Counted from the first letter of the stretch, positions 9,221-17,215 are shown. The stretch is 27,432 bases of DNA from an uncultured virus (IMG/VR IMGVR_UViG_3300017989_000061) (IMGVR_UViG_3300017989_000061), one strand, 5' to 3'. Numbers and translations are program-made. Notes: a model not told the origin generated them from the sequence alone.

Positions 9221-9718
9221 ATGTCTGACACTGCATTTGATCTGTACCCTACCACCACAGAACAAAAGAACGCAAAAGCATTCCCCAAAGGTCGATACCA
9301 CTATGACGGTCATGGTATCAATCGGGATGGTGATCGTATCCTCACTTGTTCCGAAGCCCCCTACTTCAATGGCAACGAAAGGAACGAAAACAGAGACAAA
9401 ATGGCAGAGGAAGTTGCCAAATTCTGTGCTGAAGCTCACCGTCTCCAAATCGATACACAAAGAACAGTCAAACCCGATACCACATGGCACCCCAGAATCT
9501 TCCTCACTCTGGACACCCATGAACTAAATACGCACTTCCAACAGGTTGTCTGCGTCGAAGTCAGACGACCCGATGGAAAAATCGCACGGTTTAACCTCAG
9601 TTTGTCCGCTTCCGATGATGGACAAAAATGTAAAGGTAAACTCTACGTGCAGGGTAAAACCGAAGCATCAGATTCTCACGTCGAACGAACAGGAAAGTTT
9701 GTCGATTACAGCAGTTAG
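9221..9718 (+). CDS. Hypothetical protein (165 aa)
   Basis: GGAGAG RBS, ATG. Confidence 0.8.
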   Translation: MSDTAFDLYPTTTEQKNAKAFPKGRYHYDGHGINRDGDRILTCSEAPYFNGNERNENRDKMAEEVAKFCAEAHRLQIDTQRTVKPDTTWHPRIFLTLDTHELNTHFQQVVCVEVRRPDGKIARFNLSLSASDDGQKCKGKLYVQGKTEASDSHVERTGKFVDYSS

Positions 9719-9726
9719 GATAATCA

Positions 9727-9984
9727 ATGAGCGAAAACCTGAAAGCATCCGATTTCTTTGGTGAACCCAAAGTCAATGTGGATTATAATAACCCGTTCTG
9801 TGACCTGCCCTTTGCCTACCTCATGTGGATTGAGGATGGTAGACCATTCGCCATGTTCAAAGATTATGCGTGGAATGGGACACCTGAAGGGAACACTATT
9901 CCAACATTTCCAGTCATCGAATACACTCATCACAGCGATCTGAGTATTCCACTGGATGAACTACTCGAAAAAGGTCTCCCATGA
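9727..9984 (+). CDS. Hypothetical protein (85 aa)
   Basis: AGGA RBS. Confidence 0.7.
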   Translation: MSENLKASDFFGEPKVNVDYNNPFCDLPFAYLMWIEDGRPFAMFKDYAWNGTPEGNTIPTFPVIEYTHHSDLSIPLDELLEKGLP

Positions 9985-10421
9985 ACATTGTTCTCAAAAA
10001 CATCAAATTCCTCGAAACATCAAGAGGAGTCGCCTTCACCGCTTCCATCTATCTCGATGGTAAACGTGTCGGAACAGTCGAAAACAGCGGAACTGGTGGA
10101 TGCAACAATTATCATTGGAAAGATGATAAAGCTGAGAAAGCTATCACTGAACACGCTGAATCTCAGCCGCCACTTCCTTCAGAACATTTCCCTGAAGGAC
10201 TGCCAATGGATATTGACTTGTTCATTGACACCCTGATAGAAAAACAGGAAACCGAAAAACAGTACAAAAAATGGTGCAAAACAAAAACCGTTTTTCGCCT
10301 CAAATCAACCCCCGAAGGCGAATGCCTCACCGTCGCAAGACCATACAACCTCAACATCAAAAAAGCCCTCAAACAAAAGTACGGGGCAGAACTGGTCGAA
10401 ATCATCAACGAAAGGTTCTGA
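9981..10421 (+). CDS. Phage hypothetical protein (FTASIYLDGKRVG..N.G.GG)
   Basis: ATGA overlap; recurrent phage motif. Confidence 0.8.
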   Translation: MNIVLKNIKFLETSRGVAFTASIYLDGKRVGTVENSGTGGCNNYHWKDDKAEKAITEHAESQPPLPSEHFPEGLPMDIDLFIDTLIEKQETEKQYKKWCKTKTVFRLKSTPEGECLTVARPYNLNIKKALKQKYGAELVEIINERF

Positions 10422-10428
10422 GACAACC

Positions 10429-10695
10429 ATGAAATACTCAGCAGTCATGGTCGCCATCCATGATGGTGATATCGTCGGAGCACTCGACCCAACTGTCTAC
10501 AAAGGAATCGAACATCCCTTCCCACATGGATGGGATACACTCACAAAACAACTCGGACACTCAAATTATGATGTGGTGGATATCGATTGTCAGCCTGAAC
10601 TGGCTCAATCCATCATTCATAAGCACGTGCCCACAGGCACACAAGCCTATCAACCGGGAACGCTCAATAATAGTCTGGACAATAAATCAGACTAA
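10429..10695 (+). CDS. Hypothetical protein (88 aa)
   Basis: ATG ORF in the gene array. Confidence 0.7.
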   Translation: MKYSAVMVAIHDGDIVGALDPTVYKGIEHPFPHGWDTLTKQLGHSNYDVVDIDCQPELAQSIIHKHVPTGTQAYQPGTLNNSLDNKSD

Positions 10696-10724
10696 TAGCG
10701 ACTAATAGGAGACACCCAAATACC

Positions 10725-10967
10725 ATGTCAGCAGAAGCCGAAGCAATCAAATTTGATTACATGCTCCTGTCTCGGTTGCAGATGGATTGTGAATACTTTG
10801 TGAACACCTGCCCTTACATCAAACATCTTTGGGCAGGAAACATCAAAGATCAAATCGCCAAGATGAAAGAACTTTGGAACAGGCTCAAAGAGAAGCCGGA
10901 ATGGTTGAGTCTGGAACAAATCGACACATACGAACAACAGATGATTCAGGCACAGGCAAACGCCTAA
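10725..10967 (+). CDS. Standalone LPD11 (large polyvalent protein-associated domain 11) protein
   Basis: YMLLSRLQMDCEYF..HLWAG..QI..MKELWN..KPEWLS.EQI..YE..M matches the LPD11 consensus. Confidence 0.8.
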   Translation: MSAEAEAIKFDYMLLSRLQMDCEYFVNTCPYIKHLWAGNIKDQIAKMKELWNRLKEKPEWLSLEQIDTYEQQMIQAQANA

Positions 10968-10978
10968 TAGGGACACCC

Positions 10979-11338
10979 ATGTATTTCAAAGTTGTCAGCC
11001 CAGCATTAACCTCGCTGCATGGCGTGCCAGACTTTATGGTGACCTACAAAGCGGGCAAATGGACACACCCTGTTATCGAACGATCACAACTGTTCGTCTT
11101 CGATGATTATGACAACGCAGAACACTTCATGGAACAATACCCCTCCATCATGTTTATCTGCGAAGTCTCCAATCCGACACCCGTTACTAAGGCAGCAGGA
11201 AACATCAACTTTGAGGCATTTTGGCAGGGAAATAACCCGCAGACAAAACCTCTCCCAGAAGGCACTTTTGGTTGTAATTCCGTAAATCTCACACAAGCCA
11301 TCGCTGCGAATCTGAGAACAACACCCCCTCTCTGCTAA
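10979..11338 (+). CDS. Hypothetical protein
   Basis: AGGGACACCC-ATG at 10979 within ORF 10829..11338. Confidence 0.75.
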   Translation: MYFKVVSPALTSLHGVPDFMVTYKAGKWTHPVIERSQLFVFDDYDNAEHFMEQYPSIMFICEVSNPTPVTKAAGNINFEAFWQGNNPQTKPLPEGTFGCNSVNLTQAIAANLRTTPPLC

Positions 11339-11610
11339 TTGAGGCTCTTACAATCGAAAATAGAAGCCTTAGACAGCGAATCAGGGCCAAAGTCACAAAA
11401 GGACACCCAATATGAGGACATAAGCAAGAGTGAATAAGGGCAAAACCTTACCCATTTTCACAGGAACTCTGCTGGAAATCTGAAAAAGTTTGGCCTAGTC
11501 AGTGTTCATGTTCGTTCTCATTGGGCAGAAAACCCCTTGCGAACCCTAAGAAAATGGTCTCATAGGGCAAAAAACCCACATCATAGGAAAATCTAATGTC
11601 AAGGGATTGG
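11339..11610. other. Candidate replication origin / control region
   Basis: Non-coding gap at the C>G to G>C skew inversion; imperfect 20-bp direct repeats at 11516 and 11558. Confidence 0.4.
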
Positions 11611-11678
11611 TCATGAGTTCGATCAGCATTTCACTAACAGGCGAATACAAGAAAGGTCAATTAACGAAGGAAAGACCC

Positions 11679-12011
11679 GTGGCACGGATAGCACACCAGA
11701 ACGCATTTGCCCTGTTACTTCTGACCATTGTATCGATCTCATTCTATGACGCTTATCTGGTAATTGAATATCAGGAAAGCATCATGGACAATGAATGGAA
11801 TCCAGTAGGTTTGGTCCTGCTTGAAGCGGGACATGGGACACCTGACTTATTCGTATCAACAAAGTTGTTCGGCACACTTGTGGTGATGTACTCTTTGTTG
11901 GTGATGAAACGAAAATATAAGCGTGCGATGTTGATAACATCGTGTGTGGCGTTTTTTCAGGTGGCTCTGTTGATTTTCCTGTGGTTGGACCCACGCCTCT
12001 ATCAATACTGA
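11679..12011 (+). CDS. DUF5658-like small membrane protein
   Basis: Three hydrophobic segments with D...E.NP....K pattern (YDAYL..EWNPVG..TKLFGT); start uncertain (11607 or GTG 11679). Confidence 0.65.
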   Translation: MARIAHQNAFALLLLTIVSISFYDAYLVIEYQESIMDNEWNPVGLVLLEAGHGTPDLFVSTKLFGTLVVMYSLLVMKRKYKRAMLITSCVAFFQVALLIFLWLDPRLYQY

Positions 12012-12020
12012 GGACGCCTA

Positions 12021-12287
12021 ATGGCAGCAACAGCACGAGAAGTTCTCGCCGCTGATCTCGACAGGATCAGGATTGTGACGAGGAAAGGTGGGGAACCCCG
12101 CTGTGAATCAACAACGGTCTATGACCGAACCACTAAGACTGTAGATGATCGATTGTGGATTACGTTGTCAACAACAGAGGGCGATCCCACTGTAGTCGTG
12201 GATGATCTGGATCAGGAGATTGTACAAAGCGGAGATCCTGCGGGGGATTACGACCATACAATCTTTGTGGACACCACTGAAGGATAA
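12021..12287 (+). CDS. Hypothetical protein (88 aa)
   Basis: GAGGA RBS. Confidence 0.7.
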   Translation: MAATAREVLAADLDRIRIVTRKGGEPRCESTTVYDRTTKTVDDRLWITLSTTEGDPTVVVDDLDQEIVQSGDPAGDYDHTIFVDTTEG

Positions 12288-12290
12288 CAC

Positions 12291-12606
12291 GAAAAGGGTG
12301 GTCTTGTCGGGAAACGAAGTTCACAAGACAAGATCATCCTTTTCTTGAAACAACAGAGGGAAGCAAGTAGGGCAATATAAGTCTCGTCAAAGTCACGTGG
12401 CAACGTGGTGGCGACATAATTGGGGCTAAGTATCCCCGACGAAGCCAAGTCGTGTTTACGTTTTGCGACCTTGCTGATTCCCACCAATGAAGCGAATAGC
12501 CGTCACATGCCTTCAGACCGTAGAGGTCAAGACTAGGGTCATGAGCGAACTCCGCTTGGTGGAAAAGAGGCTGATGATGGAGAACGGATTCAGTATAATC
12601 TCTGTT
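12291..12606 (+). ncRNA. Candidate large structured ncRNA (family unknown)
   Basis: No credible ORF; nested stems with G-U pairs (see findings). Confidence 0.55.
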
Positions 12607-12750
12607 TTTGAGGACACCCAATGAAATAATGAGGGATAACTAACAGCCAACTCAAAGCGTAAGCTTCTTTGAAGTATGCGAAATGCTTAGCGGCATCACT
12701 CCAACCTCTCAAAAGCACAAGGCACAAATGACGCAACAGCACTATCCCTC

Positions 12751-13023
12751 ATGGCTACAAGGAAAAGGCTAATGCCCAACGTATTTAAGTCAATTACCAG
12801 TGGTGCATCTTACTATGGTCGCACTGAAGCTGTAGGCAACATTGCAACAGTGTTGCGTACAGGGGTGATGGCTTGTGGTTCTGGCGACGATCACATTTTG
12901 CTGAAACGTGAGATGAAATTGTTGCAGGATCATGTTGGGGATGAGGATGTGGAATTAAAGGCCGGTCCTCTTGGGCAAGGCAAGAATTTCGCAAAGGACA
13001 CCCATGATACCAGCAACACATGA
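12751..13023 (+). CDS. Hypothetical protein (90 aa)
   Basis: ATG ORF, weak RBS. Confidence 0.55.
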   Translation: MATRKRLMPNVFKSITSGASYYGRTEAVGNIATVLRTGVMACGSGDDHILLKREMKLLQDHVGDEDVELKAGPLGQGKNFAKDTHDTSNT

Positions 13024-13195
13024 CAATCAGATATCTTACCGAGCTTATTGTCAGCTCGGAGGTTGTCGGAATTCTGATCTGACTAAAGTGCAACGGCACA
13101 ACGGATCACACGTTTACACGACTTATCATTACATCGGTGTTGGTCAGGCTTATTGGAAGCAGGACTTGCCAGCAGGGCCATCATGCTTGATTTAA
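13004..13195 (+). CDS. Small hypothetical protein
   Basis: AAGGACACCC-ATG. Confidence 0.6.
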   Translation: MIPATHDNQISYRAYCQLGGCRNSDLTKVQRHNGSHVYTTYHYIGVGQAYWKQDLPAGPSCLI

Positions 13196-13401
13196 CACAA
13201 ATGTCCGAAACACGGCTCAGAGAGTTGTTTTGGTCTTATGTTTCGGACATTCAGCGATCCAGAGAATCATCTTTGGATGACACAGAGGCAGATAAGCTGT
13301 ACGGCAGTGCTCGTAAATCACTGACTCAGATAGCTGAGTTATTGGGTGATGAAGACGATGTGCTGGAGATGGACGGCAAGCCTTGGCATTATTACCTGTA
13401 G
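13183..13401 (+). CDS. Hypothetical protein
   Basis: ATG 13183 in ORF 13153..13401. Confidence 0.65.
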   Translation: MLDLTQMSETRLRELFWSYVSDIQRSRESSLDDTEADKLYGSARKSLTQIAELLGDEDDVLEMDGKPWHYYL

Positions 13402-13409
13402 GACACCTC

Positions 13410-13471
13410 ATGCTTTTCCAACAACTTGCTGATCCCGATCATGCTTTTCCAACAACTTGCTGATCCCGATC
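13410..13471 (+). repeat. Perfect 31-bp tandem duplication
   Basis: ATGCTTTTCCAACAACTTGCTGATCCCGATC x2 (13410-13440, 13441-13471). Confidence 0.95.
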
Positions 13472-13662
13472 ATGATTTGGGCTATACGGAGACATTGCTC
13501 CGTCAGGAGTTTCAACGTCTGAACTGTGATTGGGGGAATTTTTCTCAGTGGATGGATGGTCAGACTATTGGTCTCACTTCAAACAACGAGCCAATTTATT
13601 ACCTGACTGATGTTCGTCGTTATTTGACCCAAGGTGGGTTGAATGCCCCGATTGTAGATTAG
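13441..13662 (+). CDS. Phage hypothetical protein (WMDGQT..IYY..DVRRYL)
   Basis: Intact ORF from the second repeat copy; separated from its RBS by the duplication. Confidence 0.65.
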   Translation: MLFQQLADPDHDLGYTETLLRQEFQRLNCDWGNFSQWMDGQTIGLTSNNEPIYYLTDVRRYLTQGGLNAPIVD

Positions 13663-13669
13663 GACACCC

Positions 13670-13768
13670 ATGAACACTCTGACAACACTGCTTTTGGTTG
13701 CTGCATTGACAATACCATTTGTCATTGCAGCCTTTTGGCCCAAAGGCGACATTCCATTCAACTACTAG
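13670..13768 (+). CDS. Small membrane peptide (32 aa)
   Basis: AGGACACCC-ATG; MNTLTTLLLVAALTIPFVIAAFWPKGDIPFNY*. Confidence 0.6.
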   Translation: MNTLTTLLLVAALTIPFVIAAFWPKGDIPFNY

Positions 13769-13777
13769 GGGAGAGAC

Positions 13778-14269
13778 ATGGGAAATCAAACTAAGCTCGA
13801 AATTCGAGTACGTGGCGAGAATACAGCCAGTCGGATAGCGAATGAGATTTTTCCTGTACTGGCTGAATTTTTCAGTGAGTATGTTGGTGAGAGCATCAGG
13901 AAACAGTCTGGTGGTTTGTTCAAGAAGATTGAGGACAAATTGAAGGAAATTGAATCACAGTTTCCTTCAGATCCTATTCTGCAAATGATTGTGCGGAATG
14001 GGTTGGAATACAGTGTTTCTTATCTGGTCAAGTGTTGTGAGACATACACTGAAGAAGGCAGGGAGTGTGGCGAGGCTATTTACTCAGAGAAAACCGTTTA
14101 TGTTGCTGATATTCAGAGTGGGTTTGTGAGTCGGATTTACTCTCCACCGGAGTACCGAACGAATCACAGTGTGGACACCGTGATAAAAGCCCGTAAGAAG
14201 TTCAAAGAGGCAGAGAAGGCATTTAATGAGGCACGATCTGCATTATTTCCTTTTGGGGAGCGAGATTGA
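13778..14269 (+). CDS. Hypothetical protein (163 aa)
   Basis: GGGGAGAG RBS. Confidence 0.8.
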   Translation: MGNQTKLEIRVRGENTASRIANEIFPVLAEFFSEYVGESIRKQSGGLFKKIEDKLKEIESQFPSDPILQMIVRNGLEYSVSYLVKCCETYTEEGRECGEAIYSEKTVYVADIQSGFVSRIYSPPEYRTNHSVDTVIKARKKFKEAEKAFNEARSALFPFGERD

Positions 14270-14325
14270 TTCATCGGTGAATCGGAAGCTGAGTGATCCT
14301 GTTTTTTTGAAAAGGAGCGAGATTG

Positions 14326-14778
14326 ATGGGGCCATTTAACCCGCAGTATGGACCGATTGATCGAGAGAAGGAATGCAGTGTTTTGCTTCCTAATGGTCTC
14401 CGACTGGTTTGTCCTGCTTATCCGGCTGAATGTGAATATGTTCGGTTGGTGGACTCAAACGGTTTTGAGATGGTTATGTGGGAAGCTTCTGAATGGGCAG
14501 AAGAACCATTGACTGTGATGGGTGCCATCATGGGAGCTGTTAGTCGGGAAACGGATATTCCAGAGACATTTACGGTTGAGCCTTGTGATTTGAATAAAGG
14601 TGACACCGTGATATATGAAACTGACACGATTTGTCATGAGAAGACAGTTGAATCTGTCTTTGAGGACCACTCGAAGTCATATTACGAGTGCGTAGTTCGT
14701 TTCAAGGATGATCCAGAGGAATATATGTTTGGTGAAGGCGACAGATTGCCATTGGTTCCCAAAGTGGACACCCAGTAA
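14326..14778 (+). CDS. Hypothetical acidic protein
   Basis: AAGGAG RBS. Confidence 0.8.
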   Translation: MGPFNPQYGPIDREKECSVLLPNGLRLVCPAYPAECEYVRLVDSNGFEMVMWEASEWAEEPLTVMGAIMGAVSRETDIPETFTVEPCDLNKGDTVIYETDTICHEKTVESVFEDHSKSYYECVVRFKDDPEEYMFGEGDRLPLVPKVDTQ

Positions 14779-14802
14779 GAAAAGACAGAGAGGAAGTCCC
14801 AC

Positions 14803-14835
14803 GGGGGATGAGTGTGTTGCTTGTCCCTCATTTTG
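14803..14835 (+). terminator. Possible hairpin/terminator upstream of the tRNA-like RNA
   Basis: GGGGGATGAGT/GCTTGTCCCTC stem (G-U rich) followed by ATTTT. Confidence 0.3.
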
Positions 14836-14843
14836 AAACACAT

Positions 14844-14960
14844 GGTGCAGTCAGGTAGAGTTCAGCAAATATGTCTCCTTTGGCAGAAAGGCCCGAGAGA
14901 CACGGGAAAAGTATGTTGAAGGTTTGCTGAAATGGGAGTTCAAGTCTCTCCTGCATCACC
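14844..14960 (+). ncRNA. tRNA-like / mini-tmRNA-like RNA
   Basis: Acceptor GGTGCAG/CTGCATC+ACC, T-arm GGGAG-TTCAAGT-CTCTC, unpaired D-loop, 10-bp helix replacing the anticodon arm. Confidence 0.6.
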
Positions 14961-14977
14961 GAACAAGGGTTTTATTG

Positions 14978-15130
14978 ATGATTCATCCTAAGACCCCAGA
15001 GGAATGGGCAGAATACGAGAAGCGAGTTCGAGCCTATGAAGAAAAGGGTTTAACTCGTAGTGATGCACAGGGTGTAGTGGATGTTGAGTGGCACAATGAG
15101 CGATCAGTGACACCCGACAAGACAGTGTGA
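14978..15130 (+). CDS. Small hypothetical protein (GLTRSDAQGVVD motif)
   Basis: ATG 14978 lies downstream of the RNA element. Confidence 0.6.
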   Translation: MIHPKTPEEWAEYEKRVRAYEEKGLTRSDAQGVVDVEWHNERSVTPDKTV

Positions 15131-15168
15131 ATGACAACTTTTTTCCTAGTTTTGCAGAGGACTACAGA

Positions 15169-16116
15169 ATGGCTACGGCATTGAACGCAGGTGACGTGAA
15201 GCGTCGGGATTACTTTTTCGTTGATCCCAACGAAATCATCGTCAAGGACGATCTTCGAGGTCGGAAATTTGCACCGACAGAGGCTGATATCATCAGTCGT
15301 GCAATTTCCATGTTGGAAAAGACTCAGTTGCAGCCGGTCATGGCTCGCCGAGTTCAGGACAAAAAACTTCAGTTGGTTCTGGGATTCACCCGAACTGCTG
15401 CTGCCCGTCTGATCCGCAGTGGATTTGAGCACGAAGGGGTTCAGTACCATGATCCCGAGTTCACGCTCAAGGTGATCGTTGCCGATTGCAACGATAAGGA
15501 AGCTTTGTACCGCAATATCGCCGAGAACAACGAGCGAAATGCTTGTTCGGACATCGACGATGCTCACAACCAGAACCGGATGCGTGAGCACGGTGACAGT
15601 GACACGGACATCGCCAAGTTTTATGGTTGTTCTGTGACTCAGGTTGGCAAGCTCCGCAAGCTGCTGTCTCTGAGTGATGAGGAGCAGCGAATGGTTCACC
15701 TTGGTCAGCTTCCGACGCAGGTTGCTGTTGATCTGCTGGATGTGGACACCGAGGAACGAGCAGCAATCATCGCCAAGTGTCAGAAGGACAACGGCAAGGT
15801 GAGTGGTTCGGATGTTCGATCACAGTTGCGAGATCATCATCTCGCCGACGTGGACGATGATGATTCGGAAGCTGATGCGATTTTCGGTGAAGCTCCGGCA
15901 CCTTCGGACCAGAAGCCTGCTAAGAGCATTACCCGCTCGATTCGGGAACTGAAGACTTACCTGAACTCACGTCTGGAAGACGAAAAGTTCGAGGACTTTC
16001 ATGATGTGATGAATGTCCTGCTTGAGTGGCAGGCAGGTAACAAGTCTGACAAACAGATGGACAATGCTTTCCGCCGACTGGAACAGAAGAAGCCTAGTAA
16101 GCGAAAGGCAGCTTGA
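15169..16116 (+). CDS. ParB-like protein (ParB/Srx N-terminal domain + HTH)
   Basis: QLQPVMAR..LVLGFTRTAAA, ENNER, HTH DTDIAKFYGCSVTQVGKLRKLLSL; GAGGA RBS. Confidence 0.85.
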   Translation: MATALNAGDVKRRDYFFVDPNEIIVKDDLRGRKFAPTEADIISRAISMLEKTQLQPVMARRVQDKKLQLVLGFTRTAAARLIRSGFEHEGVQYHDPEFTLKVIVADCNDKEALYRNIAENNERNACSDIDDAHNQNRMREHGDSDTDIAKFYGCSVTQVGKLRKLLSLSDEEQRMVHLGQLPTQVAVDLLDVDTEERAAIIAKCQKDNGKVSGSDVRSQLRDHHLADVDDDDSEADAIFGEAPAPSDQKPAKSITRSIRELKTYLNSRLEDEKFEDFHDVMNVLLEWQAGNKSDKQMDNAFRRLEQKKPSKRKAA

Positions 16117-16136
16117 CGCCCTGTCGTCCCCTGTTG

Positions 16137-16180
16137 AGGCACCCGGTGATGATGTTAGTCACCGGGTGCCTTTTTTATTT
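16137..16180 (+). terminator. Intrinsic terminator
   Basis: AGGCACCCGGTGA/TCACCGGGTGCCT 13-bp stem followed by TTTTTTATTT. Confidence 0.85.
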
Positions 16181-16226
16181 GACACCCAGTAAATTGTCAT
16201 CAACAACCTTATCTGGGAGAGAAACG

Positions 16227-16691
16227 ATGGACGACACACGACAGCTTTTCTGCAACGGTTACACGTACCAGTACGATGATATCATCAGGGCATGTGCTGG
16301 TGAGAATTTCACCATGAGCATCACCTGTGAGGATGAAGCCCGAGTAGCCACTAAGATGGTGAACATCGGCATCGATAGTCGATTGCAGGCTTGCTATGTT
16401 CCTGCCCGTGGGGATTCATTCAGCAACGGTGAGCGGTCTATCACTGCGACATCTGACACCAAATACTGGAAGACTGGCGACAAGCTGGTGCTGGCGACCA
16501 CTCTTGACTGTGATATCAGCCCGGAGAGTTTTCCAGTATTCCTCAGACGGTTGTGTGAGGACACCGAATGGATCGAAGGTGATGAAGAGTGTGACTATGA
16601 AGTCGGCAACACTCTGGCATCGGACATTCTGTATTCACTTGGTTTCACCGAAGGCAAGTTTGTTGGACGTGAAGCATTGGGGTTAGACTGA
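16227..16691 (+). CDS. Hypothetical protein
   Basis: GGGAGAG RBS, ATG 16227. Confidence 0.8.
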   Translation: MDDTRQLFCNGYTYQYDDIIRACAGENFTMSITCEDEARVATKMVNIGIDSRLQACYVPARGDSFSNGERSITATSDTKYWKTGDKLVLATTLDCDISPESFPVFLRRLCEDTEWIEGDEECDYEVGNTLASDILYSLGFTEGKFVGREALGLD

Positions 16692-16903
16692 TGAAAATTG
16701 GACCCGGCACAGTAGTTCTAAATCAAAGCAAATCTCGTCCCTGTGGTGGTCGTGTTATTGACCCACCAGAAGATGGGGCAAAGGATCTTGATGGATTTGT
16801 GTGGGTTCAGTGGGACGACAAAAACATCGGCAGGAATGGTGTTTGTACTGAACTGTTGGAGGATCTCACTTTGACCGCCAAAGTGTTTTTTGTTGACACC
16901 TGA
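16691..16903 (+). CDS. Small hypothetical protein (70 aa)
   Basis: TGATG coupling. Confidence 0.65.
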   Translation: MKIGPGTVVLNQSKSRPCGGRVIDPPEDGAKDLDGFVWVQWDDKNIGRNGVCTELLEDLTLTAKVFFVDT

Positions 16904-16917
16904 TTTGGGAGAGTCAA

Positions 16918-17166
16918 ATGGCGAAGAGTCAAGTTCGGAAACAGTGGCCTTGCCCTGATGGTTATCGAGAGATAACCGCAGGCGAACAATTGCCTGAAGA
17001 CACTGAAATCTACGACCGAAAGCTATTGGCTGAAGGTCGCAGCAAATGTCTGATGGGTTTTTATCTGGGCTGGTCTGTGGGCGGTTGGCTGACATACCGT
17101 CCTAAAAAGACTACTGTTAACTGCAATCATTCAACGCCACATTACTGGTTGCTTGTTCAAGTTTGA
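16918..17166 (+). CDS. Hypothetical protein (82 aa)
   Basis: GGGAGAG RBS. Confidence 0.7.
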   Translation: MAKSQVRKQWPCPDGYREITAGEQLPEDTEIYDRKLLAEGRSKCLMGFYLGWSVGGWLTYRPKKTTVNCNHSTPHYWLLVQV

Positions 17167-17215
17167 CACCCTGACAGTTGGGTGTAAGACAATTCTTTTC
17201 AACAGGGAGAATCAA

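Noticed and set aside
12613..12629. Minimal ORF ATG-AAA-TAA after GAGGACACCC
   Set aside because: Too short to support; may be chance or a gene remnant.
14267..14310. GATTCA-TCGG-TGAATC hairpin with a downstream T-run as a terminator
   Set aside because: The stem is weak and separated from the T-tract by ~18 nt.
14788..14800. GAGGAAGTCC resembling the RNase P GAGGAAAGUCC motif
   Set aside because: One base short, no complementary 3' P4 signature, and the region is too small.
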